From: an uncultured bacterium
GTDB lineage: Bacteria; Margulisbacteria; WOR-1; CAVSGV01
Assembly: GCA_963699255.1 (NCBI GenBank)
Contig: OY969425.1
Location: 1,050,001 to 1,082,000, forward strand
DNA length: 32,000 bases
Reading direction: 5' to 3'
The notes beneath the pieces were generated by a model, which did no database searches, had not been told where the DNA came from, and saw only the letters and a program-made list of their open reading frames with translations. Below are positions 16,941 to 25,620 of this stretch, in pieces (position 1 is the first letter of the stretch; each line of letters begins with the position of its first letter). The position numbers and the translations under genes were made by a program.

Positions 16941-17094
16941 TGATTTGAATTATACGCCCATAAGAAAAGAGAGTAAAGGTTGGGGGATTTTTACTTCCAG
17001 CATGCCAACATATGGAGTGCAACTCCCTTGTCCGTTATGCGCCAAGTGCATATGTGCTTCATTATTTTCTGATTTCACCATGTATTAATAATAA

Positions 17095-18156
17095 TTAATA
17101 GTTAATGGAATAATTGAATAATTGTTTGTTGATTTTAATTGAAGCTTTATATGGTGGGTAGGCATTGGCAGTGGATATATATAAATCTCTTTTTATTCGA
17201 GTATTTGGAGGCAAGATAACAGGTTTATTAAAATAGGATTGAGCTATTGAGGAATTATCCGATTTGGATAAACTCATTATTAATGATTGTTTTTGTCCCT
17301 CTAAATAGGAGATTTTCATGCGCCCCATATTAGCAGCGTTGTGATAGGCACTAATGTTACGTTCTTGGTCTTGTTGCCTTATTCCTTCTAATGCAGCACC
17401 AACAATTCCGCCATAATCTCTCTGCTCCTCCTCCTTAATTGTAACATTGCCATAAATATCTTTACTGGAAACATACTGCTTTTTTGGAATATCATTGGAT
17501 TTATTAGCCACTTCTTGTTGATATCCATATTCATTTTGGTCAACAATAGATTGAAGAGAACGAATTTGAGCATCTATTTCAGCAATTTTAGCTTCATTTT
17601 CTGACCTATTTGCATTATCAAGAGATCTCGCCACTTCATCAGGACTTAAAGTCATCAATAATGTCCTATCAGTATCTTTCATGTAAAAGTTATTTGGGTC
17701 TATTTTGACAGCATATTTATTTTTATTGTAAATGTTTAAGCTTATTTTAATAATATCTTTACCGATAATTGACCCGCTTATTTGAACTTCAACATTTGCC
17801 CTCGTTTTACTTGATGGTTTCTGGGAAAACAAATCTACATCTGTTATCGGAATGGGTTTCGACGCCTCTTGCGAACCTAACTGATTATTAGATGCTTTGG
17901 GGATATTAATTGCTTTATCATCACCATTATTAATAATAAATTCATCTTTATAGATTATATGATCCCCGGGGTATTTTACGATTATAGAATGGTTTCCCGC
18001 TTCAATTGTAGACACTACTATGCCATAGCCAGTAATATTATTATCAATTTCAATTTTATATTCTGCTATCGGTGAATTAACGGTTATGGTCCCATAGGCA
18101 AAGCAACATGAATAGCATAATCCTACTATAAAGGCCGACATGGAAAATACGCGCAT
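17095..18156 (-). CDS. Exported hypothetical protein with N-terminal PEGA-like region
   Basis: Signal peptide MRVFSMSAFIVGLCYSCCFAYG, then ITVNSPIAEYKIEIDNNITGYGIVVSTIEAGNHSIIVKYPG; Gln/Glu-rich central region. Confidence 0.6.
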   Translation of the reverse strand: MRVFSMSAFIVGLCYSCCFAYGTITVNSPIAEYKIEIDNNITGYGIVVSTIEAGNHSIIVKYPGDHIIYKDEFIINNGDDKAINIPKASNNQLGSQEASKPIPITDVDLFSQKPSSKTRANVEVQISGSIIGKDIIKISLNIYNKNKYAVKIDPNNFYMKDTDRTLLMTLSPDEVARSLDNANRSENEAKIAEIDAQIRSLQSIVDQNEYGYQQEVANKSNDIPKKQYVSSKDIYGNVTIKEEEQRDYGGIVGAALEGIRQQDQERNISAYHNAANMGRMKISYLEGQKQSLIMSLSKSDNSSIAQSYFNKPVILPPNTRIKRDLYISTANAYPPYKASIKINKQLFNYSINY

Positions 18157-18306
18157 AAATTTACCTCACAAGTTAAGCATATTCTACTCTTATAAGAAGA
18201 AACAGACAATATTATATTTTGCTCCCCTGCCTTTCCAGTATAGCATTTTACCGCCTTTCCCTGTAAAGCGCGCTCACATTGGGACTTCGTATAAAGCCCC
18301 CTATCC

Positions 18307-18343
18307 CGAAAAAAGTCCTCATCCTTGCGGATTTTTTCGGGTA
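18307..18343. terminator. Hairpin with A-tract/T-tract stem (bidirectional terminator-like)
   Basis: CCCGAAAAAAGTCC...GGATTTTTTCGGG: CCCGAAAAAA pairs with TTTTTTCGGG and TCC with GGA. Confidence 0.6.
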
Positions 18344-18426
18344 TTAGTTCTCGCCCTCCTTCTGCCTTCCTACCTCTGCCTTCTTACTTCGTCCTTACCC
18401 CTTCTCCGTTGATCCGAGGAATATCC

Positions 18427-18471
18427 GTTGATAGCTTTATTCGTTGATTCGTTGTCTCATTCGTTGATAGC
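18427..18471. repeat. Dispersed ATTCGTTGATTCGTTG...ATTCGTTGATAGC repeat, copy 1
   Basis: gTTGATAGCttTATTCGTTGATTCGTTGtCTCATTCGTTGATAGC. Confidence 0.8.
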
Positions 18472-18493
18472 CTTTGCTATAATCAACAGTCAA

Positions 18494-19390
18494 ATGTTCA
18501 ATAAAACCGGTTTTATATCCTTTCTTTGCTTGATCTTATTGCAGATTCTTTGCGTAGGTTCTTTCGCTTTATCTGTACGCTCCATTGGAATGGGTGATGT
18601 ATACCCGCCTACCGGTCGCGACCCTTCCGCCATCTTCTATAATCCCGCCTATCTAGCCAATTGCGACAGCATCAGGTTATCGCTGGACAATATGAACGGT
18701 CCGATGGACCCGAAAGACAATATTGCGCTAAGCATGGGAGATCTCGGCATTGCGTCTTCTTCGCTTGGGAATGGCTCCGTTTTTTATCTGGCAACGGGCA
18801 TGAACACATACTCTTTCCTGCGGTTGGGGATTGGCGCAAAGTTCTATAACGATCAAAAGGATTTTGATGTTGGCTTCGATTGGGATGTGGTGAAAAATGT
18901 CGGTTTATCTGTCGCCCTTTTGAACGAAGAAGACAAGGTTTTGCCAAGGCAGTATTCAGCAACAATAGCCTATAAGTCAGACGACGGCGACAAATGCCTG
19001 GCCTTGAACTCCGACCTATCCGGAAATGTCAGGCTTGGATATGAAAAACAATTTACCGAAAAAGCCTTCTGGCGAGTAGGCTATAATGTCGACCATCCCT
19101 CCCTTGGCTGCACCCTTCCACTCTATCAAAATATCGACTTCGACCTTGCCGCCGAACTAGGAAAAGACAATACCAAGATACTATTTGGAATAGAGTTATT
19201 TCGTAATACCGAGAACAAGAGGGTGAATTCGGAACACAGTATCAATTTCGGCAAAGCGATCGTCGGAGAAGACGAAATTTATCAAAATCGACGGATTCAA
19301 TATCCATTATGTGGAATCCGGCTCAGGCCCCGATCTTGTCCTTATCGGCGGCGGCATACATTACACACATCACTGGGATCCTTACATTGA
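18494..19390 (+). CDS. PorV/FadL-like outer membrane protein family
   Basis: LSVRSIGMGDVYPPTGRDPSAIFYNPAYLAN matches the 'aRaiGMGgAfva.a.DpsAifyNPAgLa' motif. ATG 18494 starts the signal peptide. The last ~80 nt overlap the next CDS out of frame. Confidence 0.7.
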   Translation: MFNKTGFISFLCLILLQILCVGSFALSVRSIGMGDVYPPTGRDPSAIFYNPAYLANCDSIRLSLDNMNGPMDPKDNIALSMGDLGIASSSLGNGSVFYLATGMNTYSFLRLGIGAKFYNDQKDFDVGFDWDVVKNVGLSVALLNEEDKVLPRQYSATIAYKSDDGDKCLALNSDLSGNVRLGYEKQFTEKAFWRVGYNVDHPSLGCTLPLYQNIDFDLAAELGKDNTKILFGIELFRNTENKRVNSEHSINFGKAIVGEDEIYQNRRIQYPLCGIRLRPRSCPYRRRHTLHTSLGSLH

Positions 19391-20048
19391 GGAATGGTCT
19401 AAACATTTTCATGTGATAAATATCGACCAGCTCGGAGCCGGAGAATCGGACAAGCCGAATTACTTTTTCGGATATACGATAGAGGAACAGGGTGAATTGA
19501 TAAACGCCCTGCTTGAGAAGATAGGCGTCCAAGAAGCGTCCCTACTCGGGTACTGTTACGGTGGATCGATCGCTTTTTACATGGCGGGACACTATCCCGA
19601 TAAATATAAAAAGCTTGTGGAGATCGAGGGTTTTGTGCGGGGAATAAATACCATCCCCTTATACAGCGAAGAACATATGGAAGGAAAGAAAATGAGGCAT
19701 GACATTGAATATCTTAACGCTTATCTTGTCCGGGATTATGTTACTTTCATGTACCGCCTTGATTATCCGTATTTCAACGGCAAAATGTGGTATCAGCTGA
19801 ACAAGTCGGTGCTTTACAGCGACCTCAGGGATGAGATAAAGAACATGAAAGCCCCCGTTCTCTACTACGCAGGCACGAATTCATGGGCAAAGGAATTCCT
19901 CGGTCCGACCAAAGAATATATAAAGGAGAACGTAAAAGACCTGAAATTCATCGAGATAGAAGGCGCGGGTCACGATGTAGACAGGTTTGATGAACAACGA
20001 TTTCTGCGGGAAACGCTGGAATTCCTGAAAAGCTCGCCCCAGCCGTAA
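19311..20048 (+). CDS. Alpha/beta hydrolase with Cys nucleophile elbow; N-terminus apparently truncated in this frame call
   Basis: ESGSGPDLVLIGGGIHYTHHW...LLGYCYGGSIAF (G-x-C-x-G)...GAGHDVDRF. The same frame upstream of 19311 continues conserved-looking KFIKIDGFNIHYV without an ATG/GTG/TTG. Confidence 0.75.
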   Translation: MESGSGPDLVLIGGGIHYTHHWDPYIEEWSKHFHVINIDQLGAGESDKPNYFFGYTIEEQGELINALLEKIGVQEASLLGYCYGGSIAFYMAGHYPDKYKKLVEIEGFVRGINTIPLYSEEHMEGKKMRHDIEYLNAYLVRDYVTFMYRLDYPYFNGKMWYQLNKSVLYSDLRDEIKNMKAPVLYYAGTNSWAKEFLGPTKEYIKENVKDLKFIEIEGAGHDVDRFDEQRFLRETLEFLKSSPQP

Positions 20049-20078
20049 TGCTGGGGACTCGTATTCGTTTTCTCAACT

Positions 20079-20113
20079 TTATTCGTTGATTCGTTGTCGC
20101 ATTCGTTGATAGC
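20079..20113. repeat. Dispersed ATTCGTTGAT repeat, copy 2
   Basis: TTATTCGTTGATTCGTTGtCgCATTCGTTGATAGC. Confidence 0.8.
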
Positions 20114-20129
20114 CCCTCGCCTCCTTGGA

Positions 20130-20158
20130 TTGACTCTGTTTTATGCGTATGGGATAAT
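20130..20158 (+). promoter_or_regulatory. Sigma-70-like promoter for the PhcB-like methyltransferase operon
   Basis: TTGACT (20130-20135), 17-nt spacer, GATAAT (20153-20158). Confidence 0.6.
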
Positions 20159-20188
20159 AAAATCATGAGGGGAACACAGGAAAACATT

Positions 20189-21223
20189 ATGGAAAAAACA
20201 TATCCCGCCATAGAGAAAAAAATCATTGATTTTTCGGCTTTTTTAGCTCGTATTAAAGCTGAAAGCGAAACATACGACAGAACAACGCAGCAAGATGATG
20301 CTGCGATATCTATTATAAAGAAATTAGAGCGAAAATACTTCCCGGAGATCGACAGCCACTTTGAGCGTTTGTGGGATATGATCGTCAAGGTCGCGCCTGA
20401 TGAGCGCCAGGAGATTCAGGCTTTATTCAATAAACACCTTCTTGCTTATTTTCATTCCACCCCATTGAATCAAAGGATCATTGATAAACCTCTGGGGTAT
20501 GATGGGGACTACATTACGATGGGCTATTATTATCGGAACGGTTATGAAGGAAATACTATTTTTGATAAATTAATACATAGATATACTCTGCATATCCCCG
20601 TTGCTCAATCAGTGATCTTTAGATTCGCGTATTTTTACAAATTGATTAACGATACATACAAAGAGAACATAAAAGACAGAAAGATTAAAATTACCAGCCT
20701 TGGCTCTGGCCCGGCGATTGAGATACTAAATGTTCTAAGCGATCATATAAGCCCTACTGTTTTCGAGTTTTGTTGCGTTGATTCTGACCCAAATGCTATC
20801 GAACAAGTTAAATCCAATGTGAGCGAATTGTCTAAAAAAAGGAATATTCCGATTAACTTCGCTTTTTTAAATATGAATGTGCTGAAGTTTATAAAGTTTT
20901 CCAGAAGAAACGATATCCTTCAAGGACAACATCTGATATATGCCGGGGGGCTATTCGATTATCTCAATGCGAAAACAGCAACGGCCTTAATTAACTCTTC
21001 ATTCGATCTCTTAACTAAGCGGGGAAAACTTGTTATCACGAATTTCCGCAAAAACATCCCCTCAAGAGCTTACCTGGAAAATATCGGCGGATGGTTCCTG
21101 TTGCTAAGGGATGAAAAGGACATGCTCGATCTGTGTAAGGATATTGCTAGTAAGGCTGAAATATCGGTAGATGTTGACCGCGAAACAGAAACCAATTTAT
21201 ACTTAACCATTCAAAAGAAATGA
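20189..21223 (+). CDS. SAM-dependent methyltransferase of the PhcB-like (3-OH-PAME biosynthesis-type) family
   Basis: NQRIIDKPLGYDGDYITMGYYYRNGYEGNTIFDKLIHRYTL resembles the 'R..KP.GYaGDy.mm...Y' signature; SAM motif ITSLGSGPAIEI and FCCVDSDPNAIEQV. ORF track start is 20165; ATG 20189 (MEKTYPAIEKK) is more likely. Confidence 0.65.
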   Translation: MEKTYPAIEKKIIDFSAFLARIKAESETYDRTTQQDDAAISIIKKLERKYFPEIDSHFERLWDMIVKVAPDERQEIQALFNKHLLAYFHSTPLNQRIIDKPLGYDGDYITMGYYYRNGYEGNTIFDKLIHRYTLHIPVAQSVIFRFAYFYKLINDTYKENIKDRKIKITSLGSGPAIEILNVLSDHISPTVFEFCCVDSDPNAIEQVKSNVSELSKKRNIPINFAFLNMNVLKFIKFSRRNDILQGQHLIYAGGLFDYLNAKTATALINSSFDLLTKRGKLVITNFRKNIPSRAYLENIGGWFLLLRDEKDMLDLCKDIASKAEISVDVDRETETNLYLTIQKK

Positions 21224-23352
21224 ACTATTACATAATAACCGCTTTATTGAACTTTTTTGCCACGGGTTCGTTAGCTGTCATCGTGCTGTTCTCCAACATA
21301 AAGAACAGAATGAATCAAACATACGCTCTTACTTATTTGAGCATTGCTTTATGGGCGTTATTTTATTTCTTCTGGCAAACAGCCGCCAGTTATTCCGACG
21401 CCATGCTGTATCTCAAACTGCTTATGTTCGCGGCGACGTTCATGCCTATCTTCCTCTTCCATTTCATGCTGGCTTACTTAAATATCGAAAGAAAACACTA
21501 TTGGTTTTTATCTGCGCTTTATCTGATCGGTTTTATTTTTATCCTGTGTATATATAACAATCTTTTATTTGACACGCTAACCCCAAAACTTGGCTTTCCG
21601 TTTTGGCCCAACGCCGGCAAGGTCATGAATCTCTATATGGCTTTCTTTTTTGGTTTTATTCTTTATGCGATGTTCATGTTATACAAAAGCTTTATGTCTT
21701 CATTTGGCAGCACAAAAACAAGGATCATTTATCTTATTGTAGGGCTTGGTTTTGCGATCCTTGCGGGATCTCCGAATTATTTTTTGTGGTATAACATCCC
21801 TATCCCCCCGATATTAAATCCTTTATTTATCGTCTCAGTAGCAATAATCGGCTATGCCATTTTGCGCCACCGCCTCATGGATATACAGTTCATCATTAAA
21901 AAAGGTATCGTTTACTCCGCCTTGGTCGCCGTTATCATAGGCCTATATTCCGCGCTTCTCCTTGTAATTCAGCAATTATTCCAGTCAACGATCGGCGTTA
22001 ATCAATGGCTTGCTACGGTCATCACGGCAATTTGCATCGCCGCCGGTTTCAGGCCCCTCGAAATTGCTTTCACGAACTTTACTGACAAAGTCTTCTTTAA
22101 GGCCAAATACAACTATCAAAGGACCCTTGCAGAGCTGTCAAAGGGTATGGCAGAGCTGACAAACCTGGAAAGGCTGACAAAGCTTGTCGCCAAAATCGTG
22201 GTCCGAAATATGAAACTCGAAGGATCCATGCTGTTTGTTTATGATTATCGGGACAACAATTTCAACGCCGTATCCGCTCAGGGCAATATGAAGAGCTTTA
22301 GAGGAATGACGCTTCTTAAAGACGACCCGCTCATCAAGCGGCTTGACCAGACCGAAGATGTGATAATCAAGGAAGAATTGGTTCATGAATTTGAAGATAA
22401 ACAGCTTATAGTCTCATTCAGGGGCGAGATTAAGGATATTATTAAACAGATGGCGAATTTCAAAGCCGTTCTCTGCGTTCCCAGCAAGATAAAGGGCAAA
22501 TTGATCGGCTTTATTATGCTTTCTGATAAAAAATCACAGGACACATATTCTACCGAAGATTTGATGCTTTTCCAGACTCTGGCTCCGCAAGCCGCCATCG
22601 CCATCAAGAACGCTATGACCTATGACGAGATAAGGAAGGAATTGGAAGCGCATCAGAGAAAGCTGAATGAAACGGAAATAAATCTCTCCAGGTCCGAAAG
22701 GATCGCTTCCATGGCTCGGCTTATCCAGGAATATAACCATGAGATAAGAACGCCGCTTGCGATAATGAGCGCCAAATTACTTAGCCTTCCAGATAATCCC
22801 GGTGATATTGCCGATTTCAAGGAATTAAAAGCCTTTTTCGAGAAACAGATAAACAGGGCTTCTGACATCGTTGACACGACACTTCGCCTGAGCCAGCCCA
22901 AAGAGCATAAAGAAGAACTTCTTGATCTCAATAGCGTCATTGAGGACGCGCTTAAACTATACCAGCCGATTGGTCTGAATCTGATCAAAGAATTAAATCC
23001 TTTACCCGAGATCAAAGGCGATCGTGACGATCTGAAACTTGTATTTATTAACCTGTTAAAAAATGCGAGAGAGGCAACACCTGAAAAGGGCGATATAAAG
23101 ATCCGTACTTACATTGAGGACGAAAATGGCGAAAAATATGTTATCGCCAAAGTTTCGGACCACGGCATAGGCATCCCCAAAGAGAATATGGATAAGATTT
23201 TCGAGCCGTTTTTCAGCACTCATACGACAAAAGGAAGAGGCCTTGGGCTTTCACTGGTTTTCAGGATCGTAAGAGAGCATCACGGGAAGATCGAGGTTGA
23301 AAGCGAGGTCGGGAAAGGCTCTACATTTTCAGTCAGGATTCCGATCAGTTGA
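21220..23352 (+). CDS. Sensor histidine kinase: multi-TM N-terminus, GAF-like domain, HisKA + HATPase_c
   Basis: Multiple hydrophobic helices over the N-terminal ~280 aa. H-box YNHEIRTPLAIMS, N-box NLLKNAREATPEKGD, G1/G2 VSDHGIGIPKENMDKIFEPFFSTHTTKGRGLGLSLV. Overlaps the methyltransferase by 4 nt. Confidence 0.9.
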   Translation: MNYYIITALLNFFATGSLAVIVLFSNIKNRMNQTYALTYLSIALWALFYFFWQTAASYSDAMLYLKLLMFAATFMPIFLFHFMLAYLNIERKHYWFLSALYLIGFIFILCIYNNLLFDTLTPKLGFPFWPNAGKVMNLYMAFFFGFILYAMFMLYKSFMSSFGSTKTRIIYLIVGLGFAILAGSPNYFLWYNIPIPPILNPLFIVSVAIIGYAILRHRLMDIQFIIKKGIVYSALVAVIIGLYSALLLVIQQLFQSTIGVNQWLATVITAICIAAGFRPLEIAFTNFTDKVFFKAKYNYQRTLAELSKGMAELTNLERLTKLVAKIVVRNMKLEGSMLFVYDYRDNNFNAVSAQGNMKSFRGMTLLKDDPLIKRLDQTEDVIIKEELVHEFEDKQLIVSFRGEIKDIIKQMANFKAVLCVPSKIKGKLIGFIMLSDKKSQDTYSTEDLMLFQTLAPQAAIAIKNAMTYDEIRKELEAHQRKLNETEINLSRSERIASMARLIQEYNHEIRTPLAIMSAKLLSLPDNPGDIADFKELKAFFEKQINRASDIVDTTLRLSQPKEHKEELLDLNSVIEDALKLYQPIGLNLIKELNPLPEIKGDRDDLKLVFINLLKNAREATPEKGDIKIRTYIEDENGEKYVIAKVSDHGIGIPKENMDKIFEPFFSTHTTKGRGLGLSLVFRIVREHHGKIEVESEVGKGSTFSVRIPIS

Positions 23353-23832
23353 TCATTGGTGTTTTTCTTTATAAGCCTTTCTCTTTTCTTCGCCGGCCAG
23401 ATAATCTTCCATCGTTTCCTGTGCCATTTCCTCACCTTTTCCCTCAAAGAATCGCTTTAATGTGTTTATGACTTCATCTTCCTTGAACGGCTTTTTAATG
23501 TATCCCGCCACGTAAGCCGACGCAACTTCAAGCCATTTATCCTCATCTTCATATGCGGTAAGCATAATAACGCCTATCTTGTCTTCATATTTCTCCCTCA
23601 GCTTGTCCAAAAATTGCAGTCCATCCATCTCGGGCATTTTTATGTCGAGAAGAATACACTTGATACGGTTGTGGCCAAGTCCCAATAATGGCATATTTTT
23701 ATCTATGGTTTCAAATGCTTCTTTGGCGGAATTTGCCGTGATAGCTTCGTAACCGATCTTTCGAAGAAAGGCCGCAGCCGCATCCGCGAATTCTTTTTCA
23801 TCATCCACAACCAGAATAAGAGGCTTTTTCAT
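23353..23832 (-). CDS. Receiver-domain-only response regulator
   Basis: ILVVDDEKEFADAAAAFLRKIGYEAITA...CILLDIKMPEMDGLQFL...VIMLTAYEDEDKW...AGYIKKPFKEDEV; no output domain. Confidence 0.9.
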   Translation of the reverse strand: MKKPLILVVDDEKEFADAAAAFLRKIGYEAITANSAKEAFETIDKNMPLLGLGHNRIKCILLDIKMPEMDGLQFLDKLREKYEDKIGVIMLTAYEDEDKWLEVASAYVAGYIKKPFKEDEVINTLKRFFEGKGEEMAQETMEDYLAGEEKRKAYKEKHQ

Positions 23833-23965
23833 GTTTATCCCCTCCTACGGCAAATAATATATCACAATCCGGCCCCGAAGCAACAGCAATAATATGATTG
23901 GCTATTGAAGAACGTTTGTAAGTTTTGTTCTTCTGCGGCTTTATCCGTAGGTCCGTTGCAAATCC

Positions 23966-24010
23966 GTTGATAGCCCTATTCGTTGATTCGTTGCCTCATT
24001 CGTTGATAGC
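23966..24010. repeat. Dispersed ATTCGTTGAT repeat, copy 3
   Basis: gTTGATAGCccTATTCGTTGATTCGTTGcCTCATTCGTTGATAGC. Confidence 0.8.
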
Positions 24011-24249
24011 TCCCTCGCCCCCTGTTAAACACCTATAAAAGTGCTATAATTCTTGCTTTCCGGGGCTGGATACCCCCCCGATTCCATCGGGGCAGGCCCG
24101 AAAAAAAGAAAGGCTTTTTATGGGGAATATACTTCTTACTCCGGGTATCTGCTTGAGCCTGTTAGCATATCCCTCAATAAACCTAAAAGTGAATTCGCAG
24201 ACAATTAGTATCGATATAATAAAGAGCAAGAAGCTAGAAAGAGGATGAA

Positions 24250-24816
24250 ATGATGAATTCAAAAATGACAATTTTGGTAGTACTTGTTGTATCAGTCATG
24301 TCCTTTCCCGCACATTGCTGGATGAGAAATGCGGATATAGCCGCCTCAAGAGACTCTTTAAGGCTCGGTTTATATTCAGATTTTTCATTTTCATATGAAA
24401 AGATAATAGATTCAGATACTTCTTTTGGACTTTCGTATTGGCCGCTTCCTTTATCAGGGTTCTCTTTTTTCAGGAATTTGCTAGACGTAAGTTATAATAA
24501 GCAGTTTTATCGTGACAATAAAACCAGTTGGTCATATTTCTATGGAATATTTGGGATGGAACAAAAATTAAATGATGTCTCCTTGGTTTATCCTCCTTCC
24601 TTGAAAACCAAATATTATTGGCAAAACTTCGCTGCCCCAACCATTGGCATTTCATATGGCTACAGATTCGATGATAGATGGCGAGCGCGAGTAAATTTGC
24701 TTTATTTCTTTGATCCTTATGATATGGAATTGGCATATTTATTTTCTGATAATTACGAAATATCAATTGCCCTTAGTATGACAAATAGTATGTTTGGCGT
24801 TACTTATTTCTTTTAA
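24250..24816 (+). CDS. Exported hypothetical protein, likely outer-membrane beta-barrel
   Basis: Signal peptide MMNSKMTILVVLVVSVMSFPAHC, alternating aromatic-rich strands, terminal aromatic GVTYFF. Confidence 0.5.
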   Translation: MMNSKMTILVVLVVSVMSFPAHCWMRNADIAASRDSLRLGLYSDFSFSYEKIIDSDTSFGLSYWPLPLSGFSFFRNLLDVSYNKQFYRDNKTSWSYFYGIFGMEQKLNDVSLVYPPSLKTKYYWQNFAAPTIGISYGYRFDDRWRARVNLLYFFDPYDMELAYLFSDNYEISIALSMTNSMFGVTYFF

Positions 24817-24828
24817 AGGAGCTTAACA

Positions 24829-25620
24829 ATGAAAAATGCCGCAAAAGAAATCACCATACTCTTTATTGCATTTTTTACGATCGGAAGCGTCAAAATAACT
24901 GCATTTCAGAATCCCACCATAAATTATAATGACAAATATATTGAATCTGTGAACATTACTAATAATGTAATTACAAAGAAAAGAAAAAATGTTAATGACA
25001 TTGCGCCAACAATAACAATCAGATTTAAAAACCCACCTTCCTCTGTTATTGGATATATATTAGATTCATACGGCAATGCAATTGATCGATTATATGAAAC
25101 ACATTCTGAAATACCGAACAAAAAAGAATACATACTCAGAGCTCAATTCGATGATAATTATGTTTATAATGGATCGTATTATGTGCGAATGTTTATTAAG
25201 TGGGATGATGAAAACGGGAATGAAATACACAGCGAACAACTTAAATGCGACTATAAAATTAATATCCCTGAGAACACCATTAAAAATGGATTTTATATGA
25301 GGTCTCCAAATTCGAAGTTGTTTAATTTCGGTAATTTCAGCATTGACTCCAATCTATCTGACAAAAAAGATCCAATAATCGCCTGGGTAGATACAATAAA
25401 CAAGAACGTGAAAAAGTATCAATTATTTCTTGAGTCCAGCAGTACTTCAAATATGCCATACATTGACAATATAAACGCTCAGAAAAGAGAGATCATCATG
25501 AAAAATTATTTTATGAATAAAGCTCTTGGAGGTGGATGGATAAGAGCGGTTTTCAAGGATGGGAGTTACAAAGATACAGAAGGGATATCAAGGGTCAATT
25601 ATTTATATGATGGCATGTAA
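24829..25620 (+). CDS. Exported hypothetical protein
   Basis: N-terminal signal MKNAAKEITILFIAFFTIGSVKITAFQ; starts 12 nt after the previous stop and overlaps the next CDS by 11 nt. Confidence 0.55.
   Translation: MKNAAKEITILFIAFFTIGSVKITAFQNPTINYNDKYIESVNITNNVITKKRKNVNDIAPTITIRFKNPPSSVIGYILDSYGNAIDRLYETHSEIPNKKEYILRAQFDDNYVYNGSYYVRMFIKWDDENGNEIHSEQLKCDYKINIPENTIKNGFYMRSPNSKLFNFGNFSIDSNLSDKKDPIIAWVDTINKNVKKYQLFLESSSTSNMPYIDNINAQKREIIMKNYFMNKALGGGWIRAVFKDGSYKDTEGISRVNYLYDGM

Noticed and set aside
19311-20048. Calling the hydrolase a PHA synthase (phaC) because of GxCxGG
   Set aside because: Too short, and the rest of the sequence looks like a generic alpha/beta hydrolase; the elbow motif alone is insufficient.
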